From: Octopus vulgaris
Taxonomy: Eukaryota
Length of the DNA: 64,000 nt
NCBI GenBank assembly: GCA_951406725.2
Contig: OX597816.1
Span: forward strand, 106,702,001-106,766,000
Direction: 5' to 3'
Shown: positions 14,516 to 26,372 of the stretch, one piece after another
Numbering within the stretch: position 1 is the stretch's first letter
Layout of the letters: each line of letters opens with the position of its first letter
Made by a program: the position numbers and the translations under genes
The notes under the pieces: model-generated
Databases searched by the model: none
What the model was told of the DNA's origin: nothing
What the model saw: the letters and a program-made list of their open reading frames with translations, nothing else

Positions 14516-14660
14516 GCTGTTGGTGATTTGTTCCTCTTCTTTGGACTTTTCCTTTTTTTCCTTTCCGACGAAGAGTTATGATCGAAACGTCAAAATCTCT
14601 GAGCGTCAAACTAATATATTCTTTGTGCACGTCCCCGTTCGTTATTGCTAATTTTATTGT
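14516..14660 (+). mobile_element. probable Penelope-like fragment with a degenerate hammerhead (CCGACGA...GAAACGTC)
   Basis: Second copy of the 49533 repeat; the motif is at 14565-14591. Confidence 0.5.
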
Positions 14661-15118
14661 TCGCGCTTCAAAATATCTCGTAATAAGTATTTCAAAGTAA
14701 GGCAGCGAGCTTGGCAGAAACGTTAGGTCTATATAACGTCCTTGGTTTGTAAAAATGTATACGGTAACGTCCTTTATTATTATTGTATATATAACATAAT
14801 GCAAACGTGTAGCTTTTGTGTGCATTTTGTTTGCAGAAAATAAAGAAATAACAGTAATAACGTTTAATAAATGTTGCTTACTGCAAGTTATGGATGAGTC
14901 TTTTATGACTTCATTGCTTTCAAGCTTAGCTTAAGATATTTTCGTACTCGACATCACAAAATGCGTCTGAATAAACATTACCGGACAGCAAACAGAGACT
15001 CGGACATTGCTTAGAAAATAATTTTCATTTTTAACTACGTATATAGTACGCACTAGGGATTTTGACCTTTAAATTTTTTTTTTGGGGGGGGGATGCGGAT
15101 TATACTCGAGGATTTACG

Positions 15119-15170
<52 letters not shown>

Positions 15171-15175
15171 ACGAC

Positions 15176-15212
<37 letters not shown>

Positions 15213-15467
15213 CACACGCGTGTGTGTATTATCTAACATCCGGTTTAATACCCAGTGCAAAACCGATTGGAAAGACAAATAAATTAAAACTGAACCAAAA
15301 TCCCTTACAAGCTATGACCCCAACAAACTCTCATACTTTTCTTGACGTCTAGTATATTCTAAGCTACAGTAGTGGTAGCATGAACTTTGTCTATGTTCTT
15401 GTTCTATTTAAGTATTTAAGTAAAATTATATTAATGTGCCCGACTGATTAAAAAATTCCATTTATTT

Positions 15468-15555
15468 ATGCAGCTGAGGGTAGTCCTGCATTTAAATTGA
15501 TGCAATGGTTGCATTGTTCAATTGAATGGAACCGCTTGAAACGGTCGTACTGCAT
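15468..15555 (+). ncRNA. type I hammerhead ribozyme-like motif (variant core)
   Basis: Stem I ATGCAG/CTGCAT brackets CTGAGGG, a long hairpin, and GAAA-CG-GT-CG-TA. The core differs from CUGANGA at A9. Confidence 0.5.
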
Positions 15556-15580
15556 CACCTCTGGATATCCTGTTATTTTG

Positions 15581-15659
<79 letters not shown>

Positions 15660-15663
<4 letters not shown>

Positions 15664-15928
15664 TACGGAGATGTACTTGCATAGCAAGTGACTTGATCTG
15701 AGATCGTGTGCTGGAACGGAAACAATAGCAGCGTGGAAGGTGTTTACAAGCCATTTAAGAAACACACAAAATCCGTTAGATTCACTTCAACATTTAAATT
15801 TAATTTGTCAAAATATTTTCGTCTCAAAGCGACGAAAATATTTTGACAAATTAAATTTAAATGTTGAAGTGAATCTAACGGTTTTTGTGTGTTTCTTAAA
15901 TGGCTTGTAAACACCTTCCACACGCTGC
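15660..15928. repeat. ~200-bp palindrome within a dispersed repeat, probably Penelope-like
   Basis: Arms 15728-15823 / 15831-15928 with a 7-nt spacer. The left arm recurs at 16267-16416. Confidence 0.85.
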
Positions 15929-16044
15929 AGATCAATTGTTATATATATATATATAAATGGTAGCATTTGTTAGCCGATACTTGTAGATGAGCTTGGTAAA
16001 ATAAACTACAAGTTTTATACCCAAATTGAATTCACACACACAAT

Positions 16045-16200
16045 GCCTCTTTCAGTTTCTGTCGACCAAATCCATTTACAAAATATTGGTCGACCTGGGT
16101 TTCTGTCGTAGAAGACACCTGCCCAACGTGATACACAGTGGGACTGAACCCGAAAACATGGCTGGGAAGCGAACTTCTTACCACATAGCCATACCTGTGT
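16045..16200 (-). mobile_element. SINE family B 5' half
   Basis: CAGTGGGACTGAACCCGAAAACATG...CTTCTTACCACATAGCCA. Confidence 0.78.
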
Positions 16201-16234
16201 ACAGAAGTCGGTATTGTTTTGTAAATTTTCTTTT

Positions 16235-16266
<32 letters not shown>

Positions 16267-16272
<6 letters not shown>

Positions 16273-16416
16273 CGGAGATGTACTCGCATAGCAAGTGAAT
16301 TGATCTGAGATCGTGTGCTGAAACGAAAACAATTGCAGCGTGGAAGGTGTTTGTAAGCCATTTAAGAAACACACAAAAGCCGTTCGATTCACTTCAACAT
16401 TTAAGTTTAATTTGTC
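16267..16416. repeat. second, single-arm copy of the 15660 repeat in a (TA)n tract
   Basis: Direct repeat of 15660-15809 (TATTACGGAGATGTACT...TTAATTTGTC), with (TA)n on both sides. Confidence 0.85.
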
Positions 16417-16418
16417 GC

Positions 16419-16463
<45 letters not shown>

Positions 16464-17315
16464 AAAGTATGTGTACATTCCATATAAGTAACGATCACCC
16501 AGTTTAGAGAAGAAACACAGGCTAAATCAGAGGAAGAAATACAAGTTGAAGGAAAAAAAAAGTAGAATAAAGAAGTAGAAGAATAAGAAATATGGGGAGA
16601 GAAGGGCGATGGGTATATAAATACGCTGTCACGACAATTAACAACTGTCAATTCCATGTCATCAGCAGAAGGTCAACACATTCATCAAGGAGTAAGGTGG
16701 AGGGGGGAGTGATACTAATGTCTGGCTGCTCAGAAAGAAGAAAAGGTGGAGATAGTGGTGGGAGGAGCTATATGCATACATATATATACACACACACATA
16801 TGTATATATATAAATATAGATGTATGCAAAAAAAAGTGGGAGAAAGAGATAAACTGGGAGGCTCAGATATAAGGTGGTGGGAGGAGACAGACGATAGTTC
16901 AAGATATTCCTAGAGGTAATTCATATCTATGAATAACCTTAATAGATATGTCTATTTGCTTATTGTGGTGTTAGTGTGTTTGTGCAAGTCGGTATATTAG
17001 TGTCTGTAGATAAGAATATAATGGTATTTATGTGTGTAGTGAGGAGAAACACGTTCCGCTTGGGTTGATTTAATTAACCGTTGTCGAAATCAAGTAATGT
17101 CAAGCAGCCTTCAATAGTAAGGGTCAACTTCATTAGTAGCAGAAGTAGGTGGGGTGCGGCGTAGTCGAATAAAATTGCGACTGCGTACCTACGAATGTGC
17201 GCGCGCACACATATTTACGTATGTGTACATAGGTACATATTGTTTGGCCAAGAGATGTACTAAATAATATACACATTTTTTTTTAAACTATGGTTTTGCC
17301 GATTCCTTGCCGGGT

Positions 17316-17361
<46 letters not shown>

Positions 17362-17504
17362 TGGTCGAGTCTATTACTACTTTGAATTTCATCTGTGGGT
17401 GCACTGGGTCTTCAAGCAAGTTATGACAAGTTTTTCCGATAGTCAACACTAAACGGAGATAATTACACATACACATAATCCTATCTTACTATAAACTAAA
17501 AGCA

Positions 17505-17828
17505 TAAGGATTGAAATTTTTAGGTATGGGTAAGTCGATTACATCGACTCCAGTACTCAACTGGTATACGTTCTGAGTTCAAATTCCGCCGAGGTCGACC
17601 CTTTCGGGGTCGATAAATTAAGTACCAGTTACGCATTGGGGGTCGATATAATCGACTTAATCTGTTTGTCCCCTCTATGTTTAGCCCCTTGTGGGTAATA
17701 AAGAAATAGGTATTTAATTTATCAGTCCCGAAAGGATGAAAGGCAAAGTCGACCTCGGCAGATTTTGAACTCAGAACGTATAGACGAACAAGATGCCACC
17801 AAACATTTTGTCCGGTCAGGTCACTGCT
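17505..17828 (-). mobile_element. SINE family A with an opposite-orientation family A unit nested at ~17567-17711
   Basis: The minus-strand copy is split at GGTAT by a plus-strand unit ending AAAGAAATAG. Confidence 0.8.
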
Positions 17829-18057
17829 TATACAGACGAATAAGACAGCAAACAGGCACGCGAAATTCGAACGCCGTGTCTTCTGTAAACCTTATAACTG
17901 TGCTATCCACTGCACGAAGGCGACGTATTAAACTTTAATATGTCGCTTTGGCGCAGTGGTTTAATAATTAAACCCTTGACCGTAATTGAATAAAGTAACT
18001 GTAATAACATACAAAGATCGGTCAATGAGAATCTTAGTCTACTCACTATTCAAGATA

Positions 18058-18451
18058 TCTTTATATATAAAAGAGAAGTTGTGTGTCTGTCTCCTACGAT
18101 TTAGATTCCTAACTACTCCCACATTTTGCGGTGCAGTTTAACCAAAACCGGGTATCTTATAGTCGTGATTCATATCGAGCCCTTCTGGGTATTAGCGCGC
18201 GTCTACGATGAGTCTACGATTTAAAAAACAATTTACCATCATTTTTTCCCATTTTAATGCATTTTTCGCTATTATATAAGGGAAATAACTCTCTAAAAAT
18301 GTCTACGATGAGTCAACGATTAAAAAAAAAATTTACCATAATTTTTTTTCCATTTTCAATGTTTTTTGCTATTTTTTGGCTATAACTCTCTAAAAATGCT
18401 TATATAGTTATTTCCCTTACAAACCCGAGCAACGCCGGGCGATACTGCTAG
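18058..18451 (+). mobile_element. non-autonomous Helitron
   Basis: 5' end A|TCTTTATATATAAAA. The 3' end has the hairpin CCCGAGCAACGCCGGG then CTAG|T. Inserted between A and T with no TSD. Contains an internal ~100-bp tandem duplication (starts 18201 and 18301). Confidence 0.88.
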
Positions 18452-18890
18452 TAGCATTATATGTATGTTTGTTGGTACGCGAATGCATGTGTGGAGATGG
18501 ACAAAGAAAAAGAAAAGAAAGAACGATAAGCCGATTGACAATGTTCAAATCATGAAACGTTACATCTGGTACGTATGACCGATAAGAAAAGGAAACATTA
18601 GGTTACAAACTACATCGCAATCTTTCCACAATAAATAATAAACTGAAAAAGAATTCTTCACAGGCTGTTCCCATGTGAAGAGCAGAGTGGTTACTGCAGC
18701 AAGCTACAGTCCTTACAGTATCAACTCCATGCGTAATCATCCCAAACAAACATACATATCTACAATACTCAAGAAAATTACTACATGAGCATCGTAAGAA
18801 TATTATCTCTCCACTCAGACCCGTTATCTTTAGTCGGATTGAGTAGGTATGCACACAGGTGTAATAGCAGTAACATTAAAATGATTATTA

Positions 18891-19637
18891 AGGCGATGAA
18901 CTGGCAGAATCGTTAGCACGCCGGGCGAAATGTTTAGTGATATTTCGTCTACCTTTACGTTCTGAGTTCAAATTCCGCCGAGGTCGACTTTGCCTTTCAT
19001 CCTTTCGGGGTCGATTAAATAAGCACCAGTTACGCACTGGGGTCGATGTAATCGACTTAATCCGTTTGTCCCCTCTGTGTGTAGCCCCTTGTGGGTAGTA
19101 AAGAAATAGGTATTTCGTCTGCCGCTACGTTCTGAGTTCAAATTCCGCCGAGGTCGACTTTGCCTTTCATCCTTTTCGGGGTCGATAGATTAAGTACCAG
19201 TTACGCACTGGGGTCGATATAATCGACTTAATCCGTTTGTCCCCTCTGTGTGTAGCCCCTTGTGGGTAGTAAAGAAATAGGTATTTCGTCTGCCGCTACG
19301 TTCTGAGTTCAAATTCCGCCGAGGTCGACTTTGCCTTTCATCCTTTTCGGGGTCGATAGATTAAGTACCAGTAATGCACTGGGGTCGATGTAATCGACTT
19401 AATCCCTTTGTCTATCCTTGTTTGTCAACTCTATGTTTAGCCCCTTGTGGGCAATAAAGAAATAAGAAACGTTAGCACGCCGGGCAATGCACTTAGCGAC
19501 ATTTCGTCCGTCTTTATGTTATGTGTTCAAATTCTGCTGGGATCGATTTTACCTTTCATCCTTTCGGAGTCGATAAAGTAAGTACTAACTTACCCCTCCC
19601 TCGAAATTGCTGGCCTTGTGCCAAAGTTTAAAACCAA
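18891..19637 (+). mobile_element. SINE family A concatemer (4 units)
   Basis: tRNA-like head TGGCAGAATCGTTAGC and B-box GAGTTCAAATTCC, with a 170-171 bp period. TSD TAACATTAAAATGATTATTA / TAACATTAATATGGTCATTA. Confidence 0.9.
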
Positions 19638-19823
19638 TAACATTAATATGGTCATTAGACAAAGACAATGTACTCAGATAACTTTTTGTTTTCTTTTTAA
19701 TTTTGGCATAAGACCGGCAACTGATACTTATACTTCCCTGATGGGATCTAACAAGACCGAAACATGTCTACTGGTGTCACCAGCTGGTTTTAAAGACAGG
19801 ATCCACCCTTATCTACATTGTTT

Positions 19824-20200
19824 AGGGCTGTGGTTAAGAAGCTCACTTAGCAACCACGTAGTTTCGGGTTCAGTCCCACTGAGCGGTAACTTGGGCAAAT
19901 GCTTCCAATCATAGCCCCGAAGAGACCAAAGTCTTGGGTATTCAGAAACTGTCTCTAAGTCCGTCATATAAATGTATAAGTGTGTGCCTTTGTGTGCGTG
20001 TGCTTTTGTCCTCCCCCACCCAAACTGCTTGATAACCAGTGTTGGTTTGTTTACGTCCCCGTAACCTAGAGGTTTGGAATAAGAATCGATCGAATAAGTA
20101 CTGGACTTCAAAAAAGAAGAAAAAAGGGCGATTTGTTCGACTTAAATCCTTTCAAAGCAGAGTCACAGTTCAATGAGTGAAACAAGTAAAAATTAAACGA
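19824..20200 (+). mobile_element. SINE family B
   Basis: GGCTGTGGTTAAGAAGCT...GGGTTCAGTCCCACTG...TTTACGTCCCCGTAAC...GAAACAAGTAAAA. Confidence 0.8.
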
Positions 20201-21645
20201 TAAATAATAACTCTTTTAGATTTTAAACAAACTTAGAGGGAGCTTTTGCCAACTAATCGCAGAAATAATCTCAGGCAGTCGAAGTTTTGTAATTCACAGT
20301 CCACATGTGAGACTCTAACATGCATCTAAATTTGCAAACTTTTCTTAATTATTTTTTTATCTATTTATTTATCGCCGACTCTAAGCGCCACCGCTTTCCT
20401 CGGACTCATGTTTATAATTGTTACTCTGTTCTCCAGCTCTAGCCATAACTGCTGCTCATTGCCCTTCTGCCAGGTTTTCCATTTCAACTGAGACTCCTTT
20501 CCCGCTCTCCCTTTTTATTATTTCTATATCTCGTTACTCATTCATACATTTATTCAACCATAGTGTTTTCAGCTATTAAGCAACATCACTCTCCACCGTT
20601 TATTTGATCAGCTTTGTGGTCATGCGTGTACTCGCCTATATATAAGTTTGTATGTGTGTGTGTATGCATGTATGTATGGGGTTGTGCGCGAGCGCGTTGT
20701 GTGCGTGTCTATATTTCTTAGCTCTCCCCTTCCTCCTCCCAGCTTAGTCTATCTCACTGACTCGAGGTTATAAATGATAATGATGAGGATGTTGATAATA
20801 ATAATAACAACAACAACAACGCTAACGTTAATAATAACAACAGCAATAATAAGAAAAACAATAATAATTTAAGTGACAACAACCAGCAGCACCAGCAGTA
20901 GCAACATCAACGCTGCCGCCAAAATCAGCAACTTTCAATCTGGACGAAAACAAGGCTTTTTTTTCTCTCTCTTTTTTATGAGCTTGAATTTATTTTTTTT
21001 TATATTGTTTCTTTTTATTGTTACTTTTTTTTTTTATATAACTTCAACCTGGTATTCCGGAAGAAGCAGCAATAAAATAAAATAATAACAACAATAATGA
21101 CACAGACTTCAAAGCAATGACCGTCTCTTCAAAAGGAGAGAAATAATAACAAACACATTCACATAGAAAAAAGAAACAAAAACCAAAAATACACCGAATA
21201 CAGCTATATAACTGAAAGCAAAATAAATAAATAAATAAATAAAGAGATTGCCCTCAATATGGACTCTCATGAAGGTGGCAAAAATAATATGGCGATGAGC
21301 TTTAAACAACATGGTGACGTTAAAAAAAACAGACGTATATTTAATACATGAATAAAATATAATAAATAAAAGTGAGGAATAATAAAATAGTATTGGTAGT
21401 ACAACACTTAACTTTTATGAATAAATAGGAATTTAATATCTCGATTGTACTGTTTATTATAACCATTTAGAGACATATTTAAAGAACGCAAATAATCAAA
21501 AAATATTTGAATAGGAACATGAATGATACAAAAGAGAATCAAATCCGAGTATTCGCATTTTGTTTAGTTTTTTTAAAAACTTTTGCTGCTTTTTTTAAAA
21601 ATATACTTGTCATCTGGTTTAAAATGTAAAATGTAGCAGTATATA

Positions 21646-21985
21646 GGCGCAGGCATGACTGTGTGGTTGAGAAGCTCGCTCTGTAACCATGTGGTTTCGG
21701 GTTCAACCCTTTTGGCAAGAGTCTTCTACTATAGCCTCGACCTAATTTTATAAACGGAAAGTGTGTTGATATACGTCGTATAAATGTGCGTGCTTGTGCT
21801 TGTCCACCACCACGGCTTGACAACCGGTGTTAGCTTGTTTACGCTTCCGTCAATTGTAGGTTTGGCAAAAGAGACCGACAGAATAAGAACCAAGCTTGAA
21901 AAATAAGTAATGAGGCCGGTTTGGTAAACTAAAAAATCTTCCAAGGCGGTGCCCCAGCATGGTCGCAGTTCAATGAATGAAACAA
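21646..21985 (+). mobile_element. SINE family B
   Basis: GGCGCAGGCATGACTGTGTGGTTGAGAAGC ... GGCGGTGCCCCAGCATGG. Confidence 0.82.
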
Positions 21986-21999
21986 AAAGTAATAATAAA

Positions 22000-22245
22000 T
22001 GCGCCCTTTTAAAGCCTAGCCAGGCTCATGGGCCTGGTTTCTCAGTTTCTATGGCGTATGAGTTCCCCAAATGGACGGGACGCCAGTCCATCGCAGCGTT
22101 ACTCATTTTTGCCAGCTGAGTGGACTGGAACAACGTGAAATGAAGTGTTTTGCTCAAGAACACAATGCGTCGCCCGGTCTAGGAATCGAAACCACAATCT
22201 TACGATCATGATGCTGACACCCTAACCACTAAGCCACGCTCCTCC
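22000..22245 (-). mobile_element. tRNA-SINE, family C head with a third tail type
   Basis: CCCTAACCACTAAGCCACGC head and TTTGCTCAAGAACAC core. Related to 37363-37598. Confidence 0.82.
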
Positions 22246-22674
22246 ACAAAGGAAACAAAAAGTCAGTGAAAAAAAATATATATATACATAGTTGATGGGT
22301 GGTAGAATTAATGTGTGTTGTGGTAGTTATTAGACCACTATGAAAAAGTGCACGTGGTCTAGTAGCTATAAAAATATTGAGCTCGCAATCAGAAAGTCGT
22401 GGGTTCGATTTCAGAATCGGGTGGCGCATTGTATACATTGTTCCTCGTTGCACCAATCCACTCGGCTGAAAATTAGTACCAGCCAACTGCCTGGGCAGTT
22501 CGCTCCTTCCTCCATCTGTCACATTCTTGTTGTTCTGCTGGTCAAAGGCAAGAAAAGGTATCCGTCTACTCGCGAGAGAGGGTATCTGTCTACTGGCGGT
22601 TACATAGATACCCAAAGCAATTAGTGAAATCGTGGTCTGAACTACCAGATCATATTTGCTTGCGAGTGAGTTTT

Positions 22675-23035
22675 ATCTTTCACTTGTTTCAGTCACTGGA
22701 CTGCGGCTATGCTGGGGCACCGCCCTGAAGAATTTTAGTCAAACAAATCGATCCAAGAACGTATTATTTTTTTTCTTCAGCCTGGCACTTATTCTATCGG
22801 TATCTTTTGCCAAACCGCTAATTGATGGGAACGTAAACAAACTAACACTGATGGTCACGAGGTGGTGTTGGTGGACATATGCAATCAAAAGCATGCGTGT
22901 GCGCCCCCTCACACACACACGCAACAGGCTACTTTCAGTTTCCGTCTACCAAATCCACTCAACGCCCAAAGCTTTAGTATAAGACACTTCCCCAAGATGC
23001 CAGGTAGTGGGACTGAACCCAAGACTACATGCCAC
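22675..23035 (-). mobile_element. SINE family B
   Basis: CTTGTTTCAGTCA...GCTGGGGCACCGCC ... GTGGGACTGAACCC. Confidence 0.8.
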
Positions 23036-23660
23036 GTCTGTTGATTTTTTCTTTTCCTTTTTTGTCTTTTTGGATAATTTCACAGCTTGGTGTTGACATC
23101 ACGCCGAAGTCACTTAGCTTTGTCTTTAAAAAAAATAATAATTGGGAATATCATGGTTGAAACGCCCACGAACATTGGTCATCTAGAACAGGATTGATAC
23201 GGGAAGTAACGACAACAACAATGTATTTAGACTCATCGATATATTTATATACATGCATGAATACACATCGCCATGCATATAAACTGAACCGATTGGAAAC
23301 TATGCGTGCATATGCATGCGCGCACGGATACATATAAAGAAAGATACACAGATGTGAAACAACTATTATATGCATGCATAGAAAATTCTGCGCACACACA
23401 TTTATGCATGCTCACACACACACACATACATATAAAACTATCTATTTAACTCCTGGTATCATATTCTGTAAGTCGTGCTATTTTATATCCATACACACGT
23501 ACTTTTTTTTTCTTTCTAATAAATGTATTTAATATTCTGTGTAAATCGAATTGCCTAATTTGCTTCTCATTACATTTACTCGTCTACCGGCTCAAGTTCA
23601 AATCTCTTGAGCACTTCGAAGTGTATTTTATAGAGAGAACACTTGTCTGTAACCTATAAA

Positions 23661-23716
<56 letters not shown>

Positions 23717-23955
23717 GAACTCAGGCAATACATTCACTTTTATTTCCATTTCGTGCTGTGATCATTTCTTGTAACATCATAAGATGAGGTGAAGAGGTTA
23801 CACCCCCACCGCACCCCGCTTCGCTCAGTCCTTCTCCATTTCTGATCGACCACTCTCTGCAATCATTACAATCATTCTCCAACGACAACGTAGAAGATTT
23901 TTAGAGGGAAAGAGATAGAATGCGAGAGAGAAAGAATGGGGGAGAGGGGAAAAGA

Positions 23956-24018
<63 letters not shown>

Positions 24019-24349
24019 ATGATGTCTTAGAGTATTCCCGAGACTTGAATTTGCAATGTAATTGTTATTTTCAGGCAGAGTCGACGTGACATAATATTCG
24101 ATAAGGCTGGCATCCTTGAGTTAAGGAGACTATTCACAGGACAGGTTGTGCTAAAAGACACTATGCATTGAGTGAGCTTGAACCCTATACTTGAAGACTG
24201 CGAATCAAATTTCTTAACCACTCGGCCACGCCTCTATCTTGTAGCTATGCTTACATACGCACGAACAAAACTGATAGGCTGTTGATACAATAAACACAAA
24301 TCCAACACACGCACGCGCGCGCTAAGGTTGTACTGACATACATACTGAC

Positions 24350-24513
24350 AGAGTGATAAGAAGCTTGCTTCCTAACTACACGATTCCGGGTTCAGTCCCA
24401 CTGTGGCACCTTGGACAAATGTCTTCTATAACATTGGGCAGACCAAAAGCCTTGAGAGTGAATTTGGTAGACAGAAACTGAAAGGAGATCGTTATGTATG
24501 TATGTATGTATGT

Positions 24514-24564
<51 letters not shown>

Positions 24565-24760
24565 GTTTCCTGCCGCCACTTGATAACCGATGCTGTTGTG
24601 TTTATATCACCGTAACTTAGCAGATCGGCAAAAGAAACCGATAGAATAAGTACTAGGCTTACAAACAATAAATCCTGGGGACGGTTTCAACTGAAACCCT
24701 TTAAGGCGGTGCCCCAGTATGGCTGCTTTCAAACGACTGAAACAAGTAAAAGAATAAAAT
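24350..24760 (+). mobile_element. SINE family B
   Basis: AAGAAGCTTGCTTCCTAAC..CCGGGTTCAGTCCCACTG, then (TG)n, then GACTGAAACAAGTAAAAGA. Confidence 0.85.
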
Positions 24761-24863
24761 ATACACACAAATCTTTTAAAACCGAGGTCAACTGGTACAT
24801 CGATCCAGGGGTGGTCGGGGAGCTGATGAGCGAGTCCGTAAATATCGTACGCACGCACGCACA

Positions 24864-24919
<56 letters not shown>

Positions 24920-25757
24920 TGTTCGCTCAAACTACTAAAAAATTGCAGGCAGTTCTCCCTCAAATCACCTTCTTGCACCCTAGAAGAGAAATTAAATAAG
25001 ACGGCACTGGGTTCTGAGTGGGAAAAGAAAACGGGGAGGGGGGAATAACAAAAACAAAAACAAAAAAAAACTTGATGGTCATAATTATGGTGCCTTTGAT
25101 TATAGGCCGGCTCGGCGAATGCTGAAAAGCAGTTAAACAACAAAACAACAATTGATAAAAAAACATTGATGTTGCGCCAATGTGTGCAATGAACAAAGCG
25201 AGAGAGAGAGGAGTAGGAGGAGGAAAGTGGGGGAAATTGCCATTGAAGAGGGGGGAAAAAAGCACTAACTCATAAACTAACAGGTCGTTCGTTATAAGAA
25301 GTCATCGGGGCAGAGTTAACGCGTGTGCAGACAGAATGTACCACTTCCGGCATCATCATAGGCATCGCCACTACCATTTCACCACAGCTAAATATAATTC
25401 TACTCATCTAGGTATGCATTATAGGAATTGACGCCAATGCTTGACACGCAGCAGGCTTTGACATTGCTCCAACCCCATGAAAAACACAAAATAATAAACT
25501 TGAAAAGTGCAGCCCCACCCCTCGGACCTTAAAAGACCACTTGCGAGGACTGCTTCCCTTAACCATTTAGCCATGCAAGTGACGGGATTTGAACTCAGAG
25601 CATAAAAGGCTGAAACTGATTATGTAATGGCTTTTCAGTTTTTCACAGTTTTTCATCTACAATGAAACAGGTATAAGTGTTACAGTACACTAGCAGCTTT
25701 TAGATCTCTCTCTCTCTCTCTCTCTCCCTTTTTCTCTATATGTGCGTTTATGAAGAA

Positions 25758-26100
25758 GGCGCATGGCTCAGAAGTTAGAGCATCGGGCTCACAATCATTA
25801 GGTAGTGAGTTCGATTCCGGGATCGAGCTGTGTGTGTTGTGTTCTTGAGCAAGACACTTTGTTTCACTTTGCTCGAATTCACTTAGCTGTAGAAATGAAT
25901 TGCGACGTCACTGGTGCCAAGGTGTATCAGCCTTTGTCTTTCCCTTAGATAACATCGGTAGCATGGAGAGGGGAGGGTTAGGATTAGGGCTGGTATGCAT
26001 GGGCAACTGCTGGTCTTCTGTAAACAACCTTGCCCGGACTTTTGTCTCGGAGGGGAATTTTCTAAGTGCAGTCCCAAGATCATTCATGACCGAAGGGAGT
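25758..26100 (+). mobile_element. tRNA-derived SINE family C, full length
   Basis: A-box TGGCTCAGAAGTTAGAG, B-box GAGTTCGATTCC, central TTGAGCAAGACACTT domain and tail CATGACCGAAGGG. Confidence 0.88.
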
Positions 26101-26239
26101 ATTATACCCTTTATATAATATATACATAAACACAAACAATATATCTAAAAACCCTTTAGACAAAAAAAAGTCGAATGATCCAAACCCACATTTGTAAATA
26201 TGGAAAACATTCTACCATTGGATAAAGAAATTTGAAGGA

Positions 26240-26370
26240 TTGCAGAGGAGCTGGAACAGGACCGCCAGCGATGGAGAGCATTGGCGGACCTGGTCGGCTC
26301 TACGCATGACTACATCTTTGAGGCCACTAGCCTGGGACAACCTCAGTGGTCGAAAAAAAGACTAATCTGA
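26240..26370 (+). mobile_element. RTE-like LINE 3' end remnant
   Basis: AEELEQDRQRWRALAD resembles the terminal A(Q)DRxxWR motif of RTE ORFs. Confidence 0.55.
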
Positions 26371-26372
26371 TG

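Noticed and set aside
18941-19466. Regularly spaced repeats resembling a CRISPR array
   Set aside because: Whole 170-bp units are repeated with no unique spacers and no cas genes, in a eukaryotic SINE context.
25758-25830. tRNA-like sequences with A and B boxes (also 57779, 60720-60787, 22180-22245)
   Set aside because: These are SINE heads that continue into SINE bodies, with no intact cloverleaf or acceptor stem.
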